In this document: positions 1 through 14,028 of the stretch, one piece after another | Numbering within the stretch: the stretch's first letter is position 1 | Layout of the letters: each line of letters begins with the position of its first letter | Origin: Eledone cirrhosa | Lineage: Eukaryota | NCBI GenBank assembly: GCA_964016885.1 | Contig: OZ024742.1 | Location: 239,444,001 to 239,508,000 of the forward strand | Direction: 5' to 3' | DNA: 64,000 nt | Position numbers and translations under genes: made by a program | Notes under the pieces: model-generated | What the model was told of the DNA's origin: nothing | Seen by the model: only the letters and a program-made list of their open reading frames with translations | Database searches by the model: none

Positions 1-146
1 AATATAAAACGGGACACCCAAATAAAAAGCGGGGCACCCAAATAAAAATCGGGGCACCCAAATAAAAAAACGGGGCATCCAAATAAAAATCGGGGCACCC
101 AAATAAAAAAACGGGGCATCCATATAAAAAAACTGATCCCCTCCCA

Positions 147-276
147 TACCAGTAATGTACAGGCCTTGTGCCTAAAATAGAAACAATTATATTATATATT
201 ATATTATAATATAATATAATATAATATAATTGTTTCTACTTTAGGCACAAGGCCAGCAATTACCCAGTGCATTACT
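147..276. mobile_element. Truncated tail-to-tail SINE pair
   Basis: ...GGCCTTGTGCCTAAAATAGAAACAATTA-(AT-rich)-TAATTGTTTCTACTTTAGGCACAAGGCC... Confidence 0.8.
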
Positions 277-1162
277 ATATAAAAAACGGACCCGCCCATA
301 AAAAAACGGGGCAGCCAAACAAAAATCGGGGCACCCAAATAAAAAACGGACCCACTATAAAAAAACGGGACACCCAAATAAAAAAACGGGGCACCCAAAT
401 AAAAAACGGGGTACCCAAATAAAAAATGGCTCGCCCCAATAAAAAACGGGCACCCAAATAAAAAAACGGGGCACTCAAATAAAACACGCACCCCCCCCAA
501 TAAAAAAACGGGCACCCAAATAAAAAAACCGGAGCACTTAAATAAAAAACGGGGCACCCAAATTAAAAAAAGTGGCACTCTAATAAAAAACGGGGCACCC
601 AAATAAAAAACGCACCCCCGCAAAAAAACGCACACGAAAATAAAAAAAACGGAGTAGCTAAATAAAAAACGGGGTACCCAAATAAAAAACGGGCCCCCAC
701 ATAAAAAACGGACGTTTCCCCCATAAAAAAGAACCCTCATAAAAAAACGGGGCATCCAAATAAAAAACTGCCCCCCCCCATAAAAAACGGGGCACCCAAA
801 TAAAAAACGGACCCCACCCATAAAAAAAGGACCCCCCGTAAAAAAACTGGGCACCCAAATAAAAAACGGGACAGCCAAATAAAAAACGAGGCACCCAATA
901 AAAAACGGGGCACCCAAATAAAAAACGGACCCCACCCATAAAAAACGGACCCCCCGTAAAAAAACGGGACAGCCAAATGAAAAACGAGGCACCCAATAAA
1001 AAACGGACCCTCCCCATAAAAAACAGACCCGCCCCATAAAAAAACGAGGCACCCAAATAAAAAACAGGGCACCCAAATAAAAAACGGGCACACAAATAAA
1101 AAGACGGGGCACCCAAATAAAAAACGGATCCCCTCCAATAAAAAACGGGCACCCAAATAAAA

Positions 1163-1491
1163 TCTGAGTTCAAATCCCGCCGGGGTTAACTTTACCTTTC
1201 ATCATTACGGTGTCGATAAAATAAAGTACCAGTAATGCACTGGGTATTTGCTGGCCTTGTGCCTAAAGTAGAAACAATTATATTATATTATAATATAATA
1301 TAATTGATTCTACGTTAGGCACAAGGCCAGCAATTACCCAGAGCATTACTGGTACTTTATTTTATCGACCCCGTAAGGATGAAAGGAAAAGTTAACCTCG
1401 GCGGGATTTGAACCCAGAATGGCAAGGGCCTTAACTCTATAAGTAAAAGCATGGCGTTCGACCCTCTCCCAATACTGCCAATCCACCGCCC
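1163..1491. mobile_element. Tail-to-tail inverted tRNA-SINE pair: + arm starting at the B-box, - arm full length; palindrome centre 1290/1291
   Basis: + arm TCTGAGTTCAAATCCC...GTAGAAACAATTA; - arm ends in CCAATCCACCGCCC (5' end GGGCGGTGGATTGG). Centre CAATTATATTATATTA|TAATATAATATAATTG is self-complementary. Confidence 0.9.
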
Positions 1492-2875
1492 TGGATTGTA
1501 TTGTATTGTATTATATTATATTATATTATATTATATTATATTATATTATATTATATTATATTATATTATATTATATTATATTATATTATATTATATTATA
1601 TTATATTATATTATATTATATTATATTATATTATATTATAATATAATATAATATAATATATTATAATATATTATATTATATTATAGATATTATATTATAT
1701 AATAATATAATATAATATTTTATTATAATGTATTATATTATATAAAACTCAAATAAAAACGGACCTCTCATAAAAAGCATGGCGTCCGACCCAAATAAAA
1801 CACGGACCCCCATAAAAAAACGGGGCACCCAAATGAAAAAACGGACTCCCCATAAAAAACGGCCCCCACCCTTAAAAAATCGGGGCACCCAAATAAAAAA
1901 ACAGGGCACCCAAATAAAAAACGAACCCACCCATAAAAAAACGGGGCACACAAATAAAAAAACGGGGCACTCAATTAAAAAAAGGAGCAACCAAATAAAA
2001 ACCGGACCCCCCATAAAAAACGGGGCACCCAATTAAAAAACGGACTCCCCCATAAAAAAGGGCACCCAAATAAAAAATGGACCCCGCTCATAAAAAACGG
2101 GGCACCCAAATAAAAAAACGGGACACCCAAATAAAAAACGGACCCGACCCATATAAAAACGGGGCACCCAAATAGAGAACGGACCCCCCATAAAAAAACG
2201 GGGCACCCAATTAAAAAAAGGTGCACCCAAATAAAAAACGACCCCCCCCATAAAAAACGGGGCACCCAAATAAAAAACAAACCCCCCCATAAAAAAACGG
2301 GGCACCCATATAAAAAACGGGGAACCCAATAAAAACGGACTCCCCATAGAAAAAGACACACCCAAATAAAAAACGGACTCCCCATAAAAAACGGCCCACC
2401 CAAATAAAAAACGAACCCCCTCATAAAAAACGGGGCACCCAAATTAAAAACGGACCCTCCACATAAAAAACCGACACTCCCCCCATGAAAAAAGGAACCC
2501 CCCTAAAAAACGGGGCATCCAAATAAAAAACTGCCCTCACCCCCATAAAAAAACGCGGCACCGAAATAAAAAACGGACCCCACCCATAAAAAACGGACCC
2601 TGCGTGAAAAAACGGGGCACCCAAATAAAAAAGGGGACAGCCAGATAAAAAACGAAGCACACAATAAAAAAAACGGATCCCCCCCATAAAAAAACGGGGC
2701 ACCCAAATAAAAGAATGGGGCACCCAAATAAAAAAACAGGACACCCAAATAAAAAACGGACCCACAAATAAAAAAACGGGGCACCCAAATAAAAAACGGG
2801 GCACCGAAAAAAAAAGACGGGGCACCCAATAAAAAACGCATCCCCCTCCAATAAAAAACGGGCACCCAAATAAAA

Positions 2876-3204
2876 TCTGAGTTCAAATCCCGCCGAGGTT
2901 AACTTTACCTTTCATCATTACGGTGTCGATAAAATAAAGTACCAGTAATGCACTGAGTAATTGCTGGCCTTGTGCCTAAAGTAGAAACAATTATATTATA
3001 TTATAATATAATATAATTGTTTCTACGTTAGGCACAAGGCCAGCAATTACCCAGAGCATTACTGGTACTTTATTTTATCGACCCCGTAAGGATGAAAGGC
3101 AAAGTTAACCTCGGCTTGATTTGAACCCAGAAAGGCAAGGGCCTTAACTCTATAAGTAAAAGCATGGCGTCCGACCCTCTCCCAATACTGCCAATCCACC
3201 GCCC
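2876..3204. mobile_element. Tail-to-tail inverted SINE pair (copy 2)
   Basis: Same structure and same satellite junction as 1163-1491. Confidence 0.9.
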
Positions 3205-4547
3205 TGTATTATAATATAATATAATATAATATAATATAATATAATATAATATAATATAATATAATATAATATAATATAATATAATATAATATAATATAAT
3301 ATAATATAATATAATATAATATAATATAATATAATATAATATAATATAATATAATATAATATAATATAATATAATATAATATCATATATTATATTATAGA
3401 TATTATATTATATTATAATATAATATAATATCTATAATATAATATATATATTATATATATAATATAATATTTTATTATAATGTATTATATTATATAAAAC
3501 TCAAATAAAAACGGACCTCCCATAAAAAGAATGGCGTCCGACCCAAATAAAACACGGACCCCCATAACAAAACGGGGCACCCAAATGAAAAAACGGACTC
3601 CCCATAAAAAACGGCCCCCACCCTTAAAAAAACGGGGCACCCAAATAAAAAAACAGGGCACCCAAATAAAAAACGAACCCACCCATAAAAAAACGGGGCA
3701 CACAAATAAAAAAACGGGGCACTCAATTAAAAAAAGGAGCAACCAAATAAAAACCGGACCCCCCCATAAAAAACGGGGCACCCAATTAAAAAACGGACTC
3801 CCCCATAAAAAGGGCACCCAAATAAAAAATGGACCCCGCTCCATAAAAAACGGGGCACCCAAATAAAAAACGGGGCACCCAATTAAAAAAAGGTGCACCC
3901 AAATAAAAAACGGACCCCCCCATAAAAAACGGGGCACCCAAATAAAAAACAGACCCCCCATAAAAAAACGGGGCACCCATATAAAAAAACGGGGAACCCA
4001 ATAAAAACGGACTCCGCATAAAAAAAGGCACACCCAAATAAAAAACGGACTCCCCATAAAGTACGGCCCACCCAAATAAAAAAACGAACCCCCTCATAAA
4101 AAACGGGGCACCCAAATAAAAAACGGACCCCCCACATAAAAAACGGACGCCCCCCCCCATAAAAAAGGAACCCCCCATAAAAAAACGGGGCATCCAAATA
4201 AAAAAACTTCCCCCCCCCATAAAAAAACGCGGCACCGAAATAAAAAACGGACCCCACCCATAAAAAACGGACCCTGCGTGAAAAAACGGGGCACCCAAAT
4301 AAAAAACGGGACAGCCAATAAAAAACGAAGCACACAATAAAAAAAACGGATCCCCCCATAAAAAAACGGGGCACCCAAATAAAAGAATGGGGCACCCAAA
4401 TAAAAAAACAGGGCACCCAAATAAAAAACGGACCCACAAATAAAAAAACGGGGCACCCAAATAAAAAACGGGGCACCGAAAAAAAAAGACGGGGCACCCA
4501 ATAAAAAACGCATCCCCCTCCAATAAAAAACGGGCACCCAAATAAAA

Positions 4548-4871
4548 TCTGAGTTCAAATCCCGCCGAGGTTAACTTTACCTTTCATCATTACGGTGTCG
4601 ATAAAATAAAGTACCAGTAATGCACTGAGTAATTGCTGGCCTTGTGTCTAAAGTAGAAACAATTATATTATATTATAATATAATTGTTTCTACGTTAGGC
4701 ACAAGGCCAGCAATTACCCAGAGCATTACTGGTACTTTATTTTATCGACACCGTAAGGATCAAAGGCAAAGTTAACCTTGGCGGGATTTGAACTCAGAAT
4801 GGCAAGGGCCGTAACTCTATACGTCAAAGCATGGCGTCCGACCCTCTCCCAATACTGCCAATCCACAGCCC
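4548..4871. mobile_element. Tail-to-tail inverted SINE pair (copy 3)
   Basis: Same structure and junction. Confidence 0.9.
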
Positions 4872-5957
4872 TGTATTGTATTATATTATATTATATTATA
4901 TTATATTATAACATATTATAATATTATATTATATTATAGATATTATATTATATTATAATATAATATAATATTTTATTATAATGTATTATATTATATAAAA
5001 CTAAAATAAAAAACGGGCCCTCCATAAAGAACGGGGCACCCAAATAAAAAACGGATCCCCCCCCATAAAAAAACGGGGTGCCTAAATAAAAAAACGGACC
5101 CCACATAAAAAAAACGGGGCACCCTAATAAAAAACGGGCACCCAAACAAGAAACGAACCCGCCCATAAAAAAACGAGGCACCCAAATAAAAAACAGCGCA
5201 CCCGAATAAAAAACGGGGCGCCCAATTAAAAAAAGAGGCACGCAAATAAAAAACGGACCCCCCCATAAAAAAGGGGCACCCAAATAAAAAACGACCCCCC
5301 CATAAAAAAACGGGGCACCCTCACAAAAAACGGACCCTCCCAAATAAAAAAACCGAGGCACCCAAATAAAAAAACGGGGCACTCAAATAAAAAACGGGGC
5401 ACCCAAGTAAAAAACGGGGTAACAAAATAAAAAACGGACCGCCCCATAAAAAAACGGGGTATCCAAATAAAAAACGGACCTCCCCTTAAGAAAACGGGGC
5501 ACCCAAATAAAAAACGTCCCCCCCCCATAAAAAAACGGGGCAGCCAAATAAAAAAACGGGGCACCCAAATAAAAAGTGTGGCACCCAAATAAAAAACGGA
5601 CCCCCCCATAAAAAGCAGGTCACCCAAATAAAAAACAGATCCCCCCATCAAAAAACGGGGCACCCATATAAAAAAACGGGGCACCCAAATAAAAACCGTG
5701 GCACCCAAATAAAAAGACGCGGCACCCGAATAACAACGGACCCCCCATAAAAAAACGGGGCACCTAAATAAAAAAAGGGGCACCCAAATAAAAAAAACGG
5801 GGTACCCACATAAAAAACGGGGCACCCAAATAAAAAAACGGGACACCCAAATAAAAAACGGACCCCACAAATAAAAAAACGGGGCACCCAAATAAAAAAC
5901 GCGGCACCCAATAAAAAACGCATGCCCCTCAAATAAAAAACTGGCACCCAAATAAAA

Positions 5958-6376
5958 TTTGAGTTCAAATCCCGCCGGGGTTAACTTTACCTTTCATCAT
6001 TACGGTGTCGATAAAATAAAGTACCAGTAATGCACTGGGGAATTGCTGGCCTTGTGCCTTAAGTAGAAACAATTATATTATATTATAATATAATATAATT
6101 GTTTCTACGTTAGGCACAAGGCCAGCAAATATCCGGTGCATTACTGGTACTTTATTTTATAGATCCCGTAAGGAGAAAAGGCAAAGTTAACCTAATTTGA
6201 ACTCAGAATGGCAAGGGCCGACCCTCTCCCAATACTGCCAATCCACCGCCCTGTATTATATTATATTATATTACCGCCGAGGTTGACTTTGCCTTTCATC
6301 CTTACGGGGTCGATAAAATAAAGTACCAGTAATGCACTGGGTAATTGCTGGCCTTGTGCCTAAAGTAGAAACAATT
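5958..6376. mobile_element. Tail-to-tail inverted SINE pair (copy 4, - arm internally deleted) plus an extra + strand SINE 3' half at ~6274-6376
   Basis: Same motifs; deletions relative to the other copies. Confidence 0.85.
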
Positions 6377-7105
6377 ATATTAAATTATATTATATTATAT
6401 TATATTATATTATAATATAATATAATATAATATAATATAATATAATATAATATAATATAATATAATATTATATTATAATATAATATAATATAATATAATA
6501 TATTATATTATAATATTATATTATATTATAGATATTATATTATAATATAATATAATATTTTATTATAATGTATTATATTATATAAAACTCAAAGAAAAAA
6601 CGGATCCCCCATAAAAAAATGGGGGACCCAAATAAAGAACGGACCCCCCATAAAAAAACGGGGCACCCTAATAAAAAAACGGGGCACTCAATTAAAAAAA
6701 GGAGCAAACAAATAAAAAACGGACCCCCCCCCCATAAAAAACTGAGCACCCAATTAAAAAACGGACCCCATCATGAAAAAAGGGACACCCAAATAATAAA
6801 TGGACCCCGCACCATAAAAAACCGGGGCACCCAAATAAAAAAACGGACCCGCCCCATATAAAAACGGGGCACTCAAATAGAGAACGGACCGCCCATAAAA
6901 AAACGGGGCACCCAATTAAAAAACGGAGCACCAAAATGAAAAAAACGGGGCACCCAAATAAAAAAACGGGGCACCCAAATAAAAAACGGACACCACAAAT
7001 AAAAAAACGGGGCACCCAAATAAGAAATGGGGCACCCAAATAAAAAACGGGGCACCCAATAAAAAACGCATCCCCCTCCAATAAAAAACGGGCACCCAAA
7101 TAAAA

Positions 7106-7428
7106 TCTGAGTTCAAATCACGCCGGGGTTAACTTTACCTTTCATCATTACGGTGTCGATAAAATAAAGTACGGGTAATGCACTGAGTAATTGCTGGCCT
7201 TGTGCCTAAAGTAGAAACAATTATATTATATTATAATATATAATTTTTCTACGTTAGGCACAAGACCAGCAATTACCAGTGCATTACTGGTACATTATTT
7301 TATCGACCCCGTATGGATGAAAGGCAAATTAACCTCGGCGGGATTTGAAATCAGAATGGCAAGGGCCGTAACTCTATACGTCAAAGCATGGCGTCCGACC
7401 CTCTCCCAATACTGCCAATCCACCGCCC
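7106..7428. mobile_element. Tail-to-tail inverted SINE pair (copy 5)
   Basis: Same structure and junction. Confidence 0.9.
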
Positions 7429-8992
7429 TGGATTGTATTGTATTGTATTATATTATATTATATTATATTATATTATATTATATTATATTATATTATATTA
7501 TATTATATTATATTATATTATATTATATTATATTATATTATATTATATTATATTATATTATATTATATTATATTATATTATATTATATTATAATATAATA
7601 TAATATAATATATTATAATATATTATATTATATTATAGATATTATATTATATTATAATATAATATAATATTTTATTATAATGTATTATATTATATAAAAC
7701 TAAAATAAAAAACGGACCCCCATAAAAAACGGGGCACCCAAATAAAAAACAGACCCCCCCATAAAAAAACGGGCACCCAAATATAAGACGGACCCCCCAT
7801 AAAAAAACGGGGCTACCAAATAAAAAACGGGGCACCCAAATAAAAAACGGGGTAATAAAATAAAGTACCAGTAATATACTGATTAATTGCTGGACTTGTG
7901 ACTAAAGTAGAAACAATTATAATATAATATAATATAATATAATATTATATTATATTATATTATAATTTAATATAATGTAATATTATATCATATTATATTA
8001 TATTATAATATAATATTATACTAATTATATTATAGATGGTGGATTGGCAGTATCGGTGGATTGGCAGTATCGGTAGAATCAATTATATTATATTATAACA
8101 TAATATATTATAATATAATATAATATTATATAATATAATATAATATTATATTATAATATAATATAATACATTATAATAAAATATTATATTATATTATATT
8201 ATAATATAATATAATATAATATTATATTATATTATATTATATTATAATATAATGTATATTATATTACATTATATATATTATAATATAATGTAATATAATA
8301 TTATATAAAATTATATTATAATATAATATTATATAATATAATATTATATTATATAAAAAAAACGGATCCCCCATAAAAAAACAGGGCACCCAAATAAAAA
8401 ACATACCCCCCCATAAAGAAACGGGGCACCCAAATAAAAAACGTGGCACCCAAATAAAAAACGGAACCAACCATAAAAAAACGGGGCACCCTAATAAAGA
8501 ACGGACCCCCCCATAAATAAACTGGGCATCCAAATAGAAAACGGAGCCCCTTCCATAAAAAAACGGGGCACCCAAACAAAGAACGGAGCACCCAAATAAA
8601 AAATGGACCCCCCCCCATGAAAAAACGGGGAAACCTAATAAAAACGGACCCCCTTAAAAAAACGGGGCACTCAAATAGAAAACGGACACCCCATAAAAAA
8701 ACGGGGCACCCAAATATAAGACGGACCCCCCCATAAAAAAACGGGGCACCCAAATAAAAAACGGACCCACCACAAAAAAGGGGCACCCAAATAAAAAACG
8801 GACCCCCAATAAAAAACGGACCTCCCATAAAAAACGGGACACCCAAATAAAAAACGGGGCAGCCAAATAAAAAACCGACGCCCCCATAAAAAAACGGGGC
8901 ACCCAAATAAAAAACGGACCCCCCCATAAAAAACGGGACACCCAAATAAAGAACGGACCCCCCATAAAGAAACGGGGCACCCAAATAAAAAA

Positions 8993-10330
8993 TTATAATA
9001 TAATATAATATAATATTATATTATATTATAATATAATATAATAAATTATTATATTATATTATATTATAATATAATATTATATTATCGTATATAATATTGT
9101 AATATATTATATTATAATATAATATGATATAATATAATATAATATAATATTATATTATAATACAATATAATATAATATAATATATTATAATATTATATTA
9201 TATTATATTGTAATATAATATAATATAATATTATATTATAATATAATTTATAATATAATATTATATTATATTATATTATAATATAATATAATATAATATA
9301 ATATAATATAATATATAATATTATATTATATTATAATATATATTATATCATATTATATTGTAATATATTATATAATATTATATTATATATTATAATATAA
9401 TATAATATTATATTATATTATAATATAATATATAATATAATATTATATATTATATTATATTATAATATATTGTAATATATTATATTATAATATAATATAT
9501 TATATTATAATATAATATAATATAATATTATATTATAATATAATTGTTTCTAGGTTATAATATAATATAACATAATATAATATAATATTATATTATATTG
9601 TAATATAATATATTATAATATAATATAATATAATATAATAAAATATTATATTATATTATAATGTAATATATTACAATACAATATAATATAATATAATATA
9701 ATATTATATTATATTATATTATAACGTAGAAACAATTATATTATAATATAATATAATATTATATTATATTATATTATAATATAATATATTATATTATAAT
9801 ATAATATTTTATATTACATATTATAATATAATATGTAATATAATATTATATATTATATTATATTATAATATATAATATAATATTATATTATAATATAATA
9901 TAGGGCGGTGGATTGGCAGTATTGGTAGAGGGTCGGACGCCATGCTTTCCAGCATAGTTATGTCCCTTTACGATCTGAGTTCAAATCCCTACGACGTTGA
10001 CTTTGCCTTTCATCCTTACGGTGTCGGTAAAATAAATTACCAGTAATGCACTGGGTAATTGCTGGCCTTGTGCCTAAAGTAGAAACAATTATATTATATT
10101 GTATTATAATATATTATAATATAATATTATATAATATAATATTATATTATATTATAATATAATACAATACATTATAATAAAATATTATATTATATTATAT
10201 TATCATATAATATAATATAATATAATATTATATTATATTATAATATAATATTATATTATATTATATTATATTATATTATATTATATTATAAGATATTATA
10301 ATATAATATCTAAAATATAATATAATATTA
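8993..10330. repeat. (ATTAT)n/(ATAAT)n pentanucleotide tract with frequent strand switching; similar tracts at 1500-1745, 3206-3490, 6376-6583, 7440-7695 and 7917-8350
   Basis: Directly visible. Contains SINE-tail relics (TAATTGTTTCTA ~9541, GTAGAAACAATTA ~9726). Confidence 0.9.
9903..10090 (+). mobile_element. Full-length ~190-bp tRNA-derived SINE (reference copy of the family)
   Basis: GGGCGG start, A-box-like TGGCAGTATTGG, B-box GAGTTCAAATCC, 3' end GTAGAAACAATTA followed by (TATTA)n. Confidence 0.88.
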
Positions 10331-11123
10331 TATAAAAAAACGGACCCCCCATAAAAGAACAGGGAACCCAAATAAAAAACATATCCCCCCCATAAAAAAC
10401 GGGGCTCCCAAATAAAAAACGGACCCCCTCCATAAAAAAACGGGGCACCCATATAAAAAAACGGGGCACCCAAATAAAAAACGGACTCCCCATAAAAAAC
10501 GGGGCACGCAAATAAAAAACGGACCCCCCATAAAAAACGGGGCACCCTAATAAAAAACGGGGCACCCCATAAAAAAACGGGGCACCCTAATAAAAAACGG
10601 ACCCACCCATAAAAAAACGGGGCACCCAAATAAAACACGGACCCCCCCCATAAAAAACGGGGCACCCAAATAAAAAACGTACCCCCCCCCCATAAAAAAA
10701 CGGGGCACCCAAATAAAAAAACGGGTCACCCAAATATAAAAATGGGGCACCCAAATAAAAAACACTTATTATAATGCTCGGTGTATTTGTAAACAAAACA
10801 TCCCGTATTTAGCCGTAGTGTCCAGCAACCATCGTTGATTCTTTATTCAACACTGACAAAGGAACGCTGTACTACTTTCAAGCTTATTAGCTATCCTCAG
10901 CAACGTATACCTTGCTGCTAGATTGTATTATATTATATACTTACCTTATGCATATTAACGGCTGAGTAGCCCAATTTGCATATCGAGTGGTTTAATCGGA
11001 TGGGTGCACCGAAAACGATAAACGGAAAAAATGAAACGAAATATCATTTCCCACTCTTAATACGGCTGTTACTTAAATAAAAGTATGTACACGTACATAC
11101 ATATATGTATACAGACGTACAGT

Positions 11124-11317
11124 ATAAAATATAATGAAATGAAATAAAATAAATAAATAAATAAATATAAATTAAAATAAAATAAAATAAAATGAAATAA
11201 ATAAATAAATAATTAAATAAAAATAAAATAAAATAAAATAAAATAAAATAAAATAAATAAAAAATAACTAATAAAATAAAATAAAATAAAATAAAATAAA
11301 ATAAAATAAAATAAAAT

Positions 11318-11348
<31 letters not shown>

Positions 11349-11804
11349 TAAAATAAAATAAAATAATTAAATAGATAAATAATTAAAAATAAAATAAATT
11401 AAAATAACATAAAATAAAATAAAGCAAAATAAAATAAAATAAAATAAAATGAAATAGACTAAACTAAATAAATAAATAAATAATTAAATACATAAAAATA
11501 AAATAATATAAAATAAAATAAAATAAAATAAATAAATAAATAAATAATTAAAAATAAAATAAAATAAAATAAAATAAAATAAAATAAAATAAAATAAAAT
11601 AAAATAAAATAAAACAAAAATAAAATAAAATAAAATAAAATAAAATAAAATAAAATAAAATAAAATAAAATAAAATAAATAAATAAATAATTGAAATAAA
11701 ATAAAATAAAATAAAATAAAATAAAATAAAATAAAATAAAATAAAATAAAATGAATAAAATAAAATTAAATAAAAGGAAATAAAATAAAATAATATTAAT
11801 CAAA

Positions 11805-11835
<31 letters not shown>

Positions 11836-12022
11836 ATTTAAAAAAATAAAAATAAAAATAAAAATAAAAATAAAAATAAAATAAATTTAAATAAAATAAA
11901 ATAAAAAACTATATAAATAATTAAAGAAATAAATAAAATAAAATAAAACAAAATATAATAAAATAAATAAAATAAAGTAAAATAAAATAAAATAAAATAA
12001 AATAAAATAAAATAAAATAAAA

Positions 12023-12057
<35 letters not shown>

Positions 12058-12330
12058 AAATAAAAATAAAATAAAATAAAGTAAAATAAAATAAAATAAA
12101 ATAAAATAAAATAAAATAAAATAAAATAAAATAAAATAAAATAAAATAAAATAAAATGAAATAAAATAAAATAAAATAAAATAAAATAAATAAATAAATA
12201 ATTGAAATAAAATAAAATAAAGTAAAATAAAATAAAATAAAATAAAATAAAATAAAATAAAATAAAATAAAATAAAATGAATAAAATAAAATTGAATAAA
12301 AGGAAATAAAATAAAATAATATTAATCAAA

Positions 12331-12365
<35 letters not shown>

Positions 12366-12759
12366 ATTAAAGAAAATAAAAATAAAAATAAAAATAAAAT
12401 AAATTAAAATAAAATAAAATAAAAAACTATATAAATAATTAAAGAAATAAATAACATAAAATAAAATATAATAAAATAAATAAAATAAAGTAAAATAAAA
12501 TAAAATAAAATAAAATAAAATAAAATAAGTAAATAAATAAATAAATAAATAAAAATAAAAATAAAATAAAATAATGTAAAATAAAATAAAATAAAATAAA
12601 ATAAAATAAAATAAAATAAAATAAAGTAAAATAAAAAAAAATATAATATAATAAAATAATATAAAATAAAATAAAATAAAATAAAATAAAATAAAATAAA
12701 ATAAAATGAATAAAATAAAATTGAATAAAAGGAAATAAAATAAAATAATATTAATCAAA

Positions 12760-12794
<35 letters not shown>

Positions 12795-12954
12795 ATTAAA
12801 GAAAATAAAAATAAAAATAAAAATAAAATAAATTAAAATAAAATAAAATAAAAAACTATATAAATAATTAAAGAAATAAATAACATAAAATAAAATATAA
12901 TAAAATAAATAAAATAAAGTAAAATAAAATAAAATAAAATAAAATAAAATAAAA

Positions 12955-12989
<35 letters not shown>

Positions 12990-13394
12990 AAATAAAAATA
13001 AAATAAAATAATGTAAAATAAAATAAAATAAAATAAAATAAAATAAAATAAAGTAAAATAAAATAAAATATAATATAATAAAATAATATAAAATAAAATA
13101 AAATAAAATAAAATAAAATAAAATAAAATAAAATAAAATAAAATAAAATAAAATAAAATAAAATAAAATAAATAAATAAATAATAAATAACTAATAAATT
13201 AAAATAAAATAAAATAAAATAAATAAATAAAATTAAAATAAATTAAAATAAAATAAAATAAAAAGCTATATAAATAATGAAATAAATAAATAAAATAAAA
13301 TAAAATAAAATATAATAAAATAAAATAAAATAAAGTAAAATAAAGTAAAATAAAATAAAATAAAATAAAATAAAATAAAATATTATTAATAAAA

Positions 13395-13449
<55 letters not shown>

Positions 13450-13788
13450 AAATAAAAATAAAATAAAATAAAATAAAATAAAATAACATAAAATAAAATA
13501 AAATAAATAAATAAATAATTAAATAGATAAATAAATAAAAATAAAAATAAAAATAAAATAAAATAAAATAAAATAAAATAAAATAATTTAAAATAAAATA
13601 AAATAAAAAGCTATATAAATAATTAAATAAATAAATAAAATAAAATAAAATAACATAAAATAAAATAAAATAAAATAAAATAAAATAAAATAAAATAAAA
13701 TAAAATAAAATAAAATAAAATAAAATAAAATAAAATAAATAAAATAAAATTAAATAAAAGGAAATAAAATAAAATAATATTAATCAAA

Positions 13789-13819
<31 letters not shown>

Positions 13820-13997
13820 AAAAAAAAATAAATAAATAAATAAATAAATAAATAAAATAAATAAATAAAATAAAATAAAATAAAAAACTATATGAATAAT
13901 TAAAGAAATAAATAAAATAAAATAAAATAAAATATAATAAAATAAATAAAATAAAGTAAAATAAAATAAAATAAAATAAAATAAAATAAAATAAAAT

Positions 13998-14028
<31 letters not shown>

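Larger units (their letters stand above)
1..10764. repeat. Composite satellite region. ~20-bp unit AAATAAAAAACGGGGCACCC alternating with variant AAATAAAAAACGGACCCCCC, in blocks at about 1-146, 280-1162, 1745-2875, 3495-4547, 4995-5957, 6583-7105, 7695-7852, 8354-8992 and 10333-10764
   Basis: Tandem units directly visible. Blocks are separated by SINE palindromes and (ATTAT)n. All F/G/P-rich ORFs here are translations of the repeat. Confidence 0.95.

Noticed and set aside
9903-10000. tRNA gene
   Set aside because: A/B boxes are present but there is no cloverleaf; it is the head of a multi-copy SINE.
204-10796. Many long F/G/P/W-rich ORFs
   Set aside because: Translations of the 20-bp satellite, open in several frames, with no domain signal.
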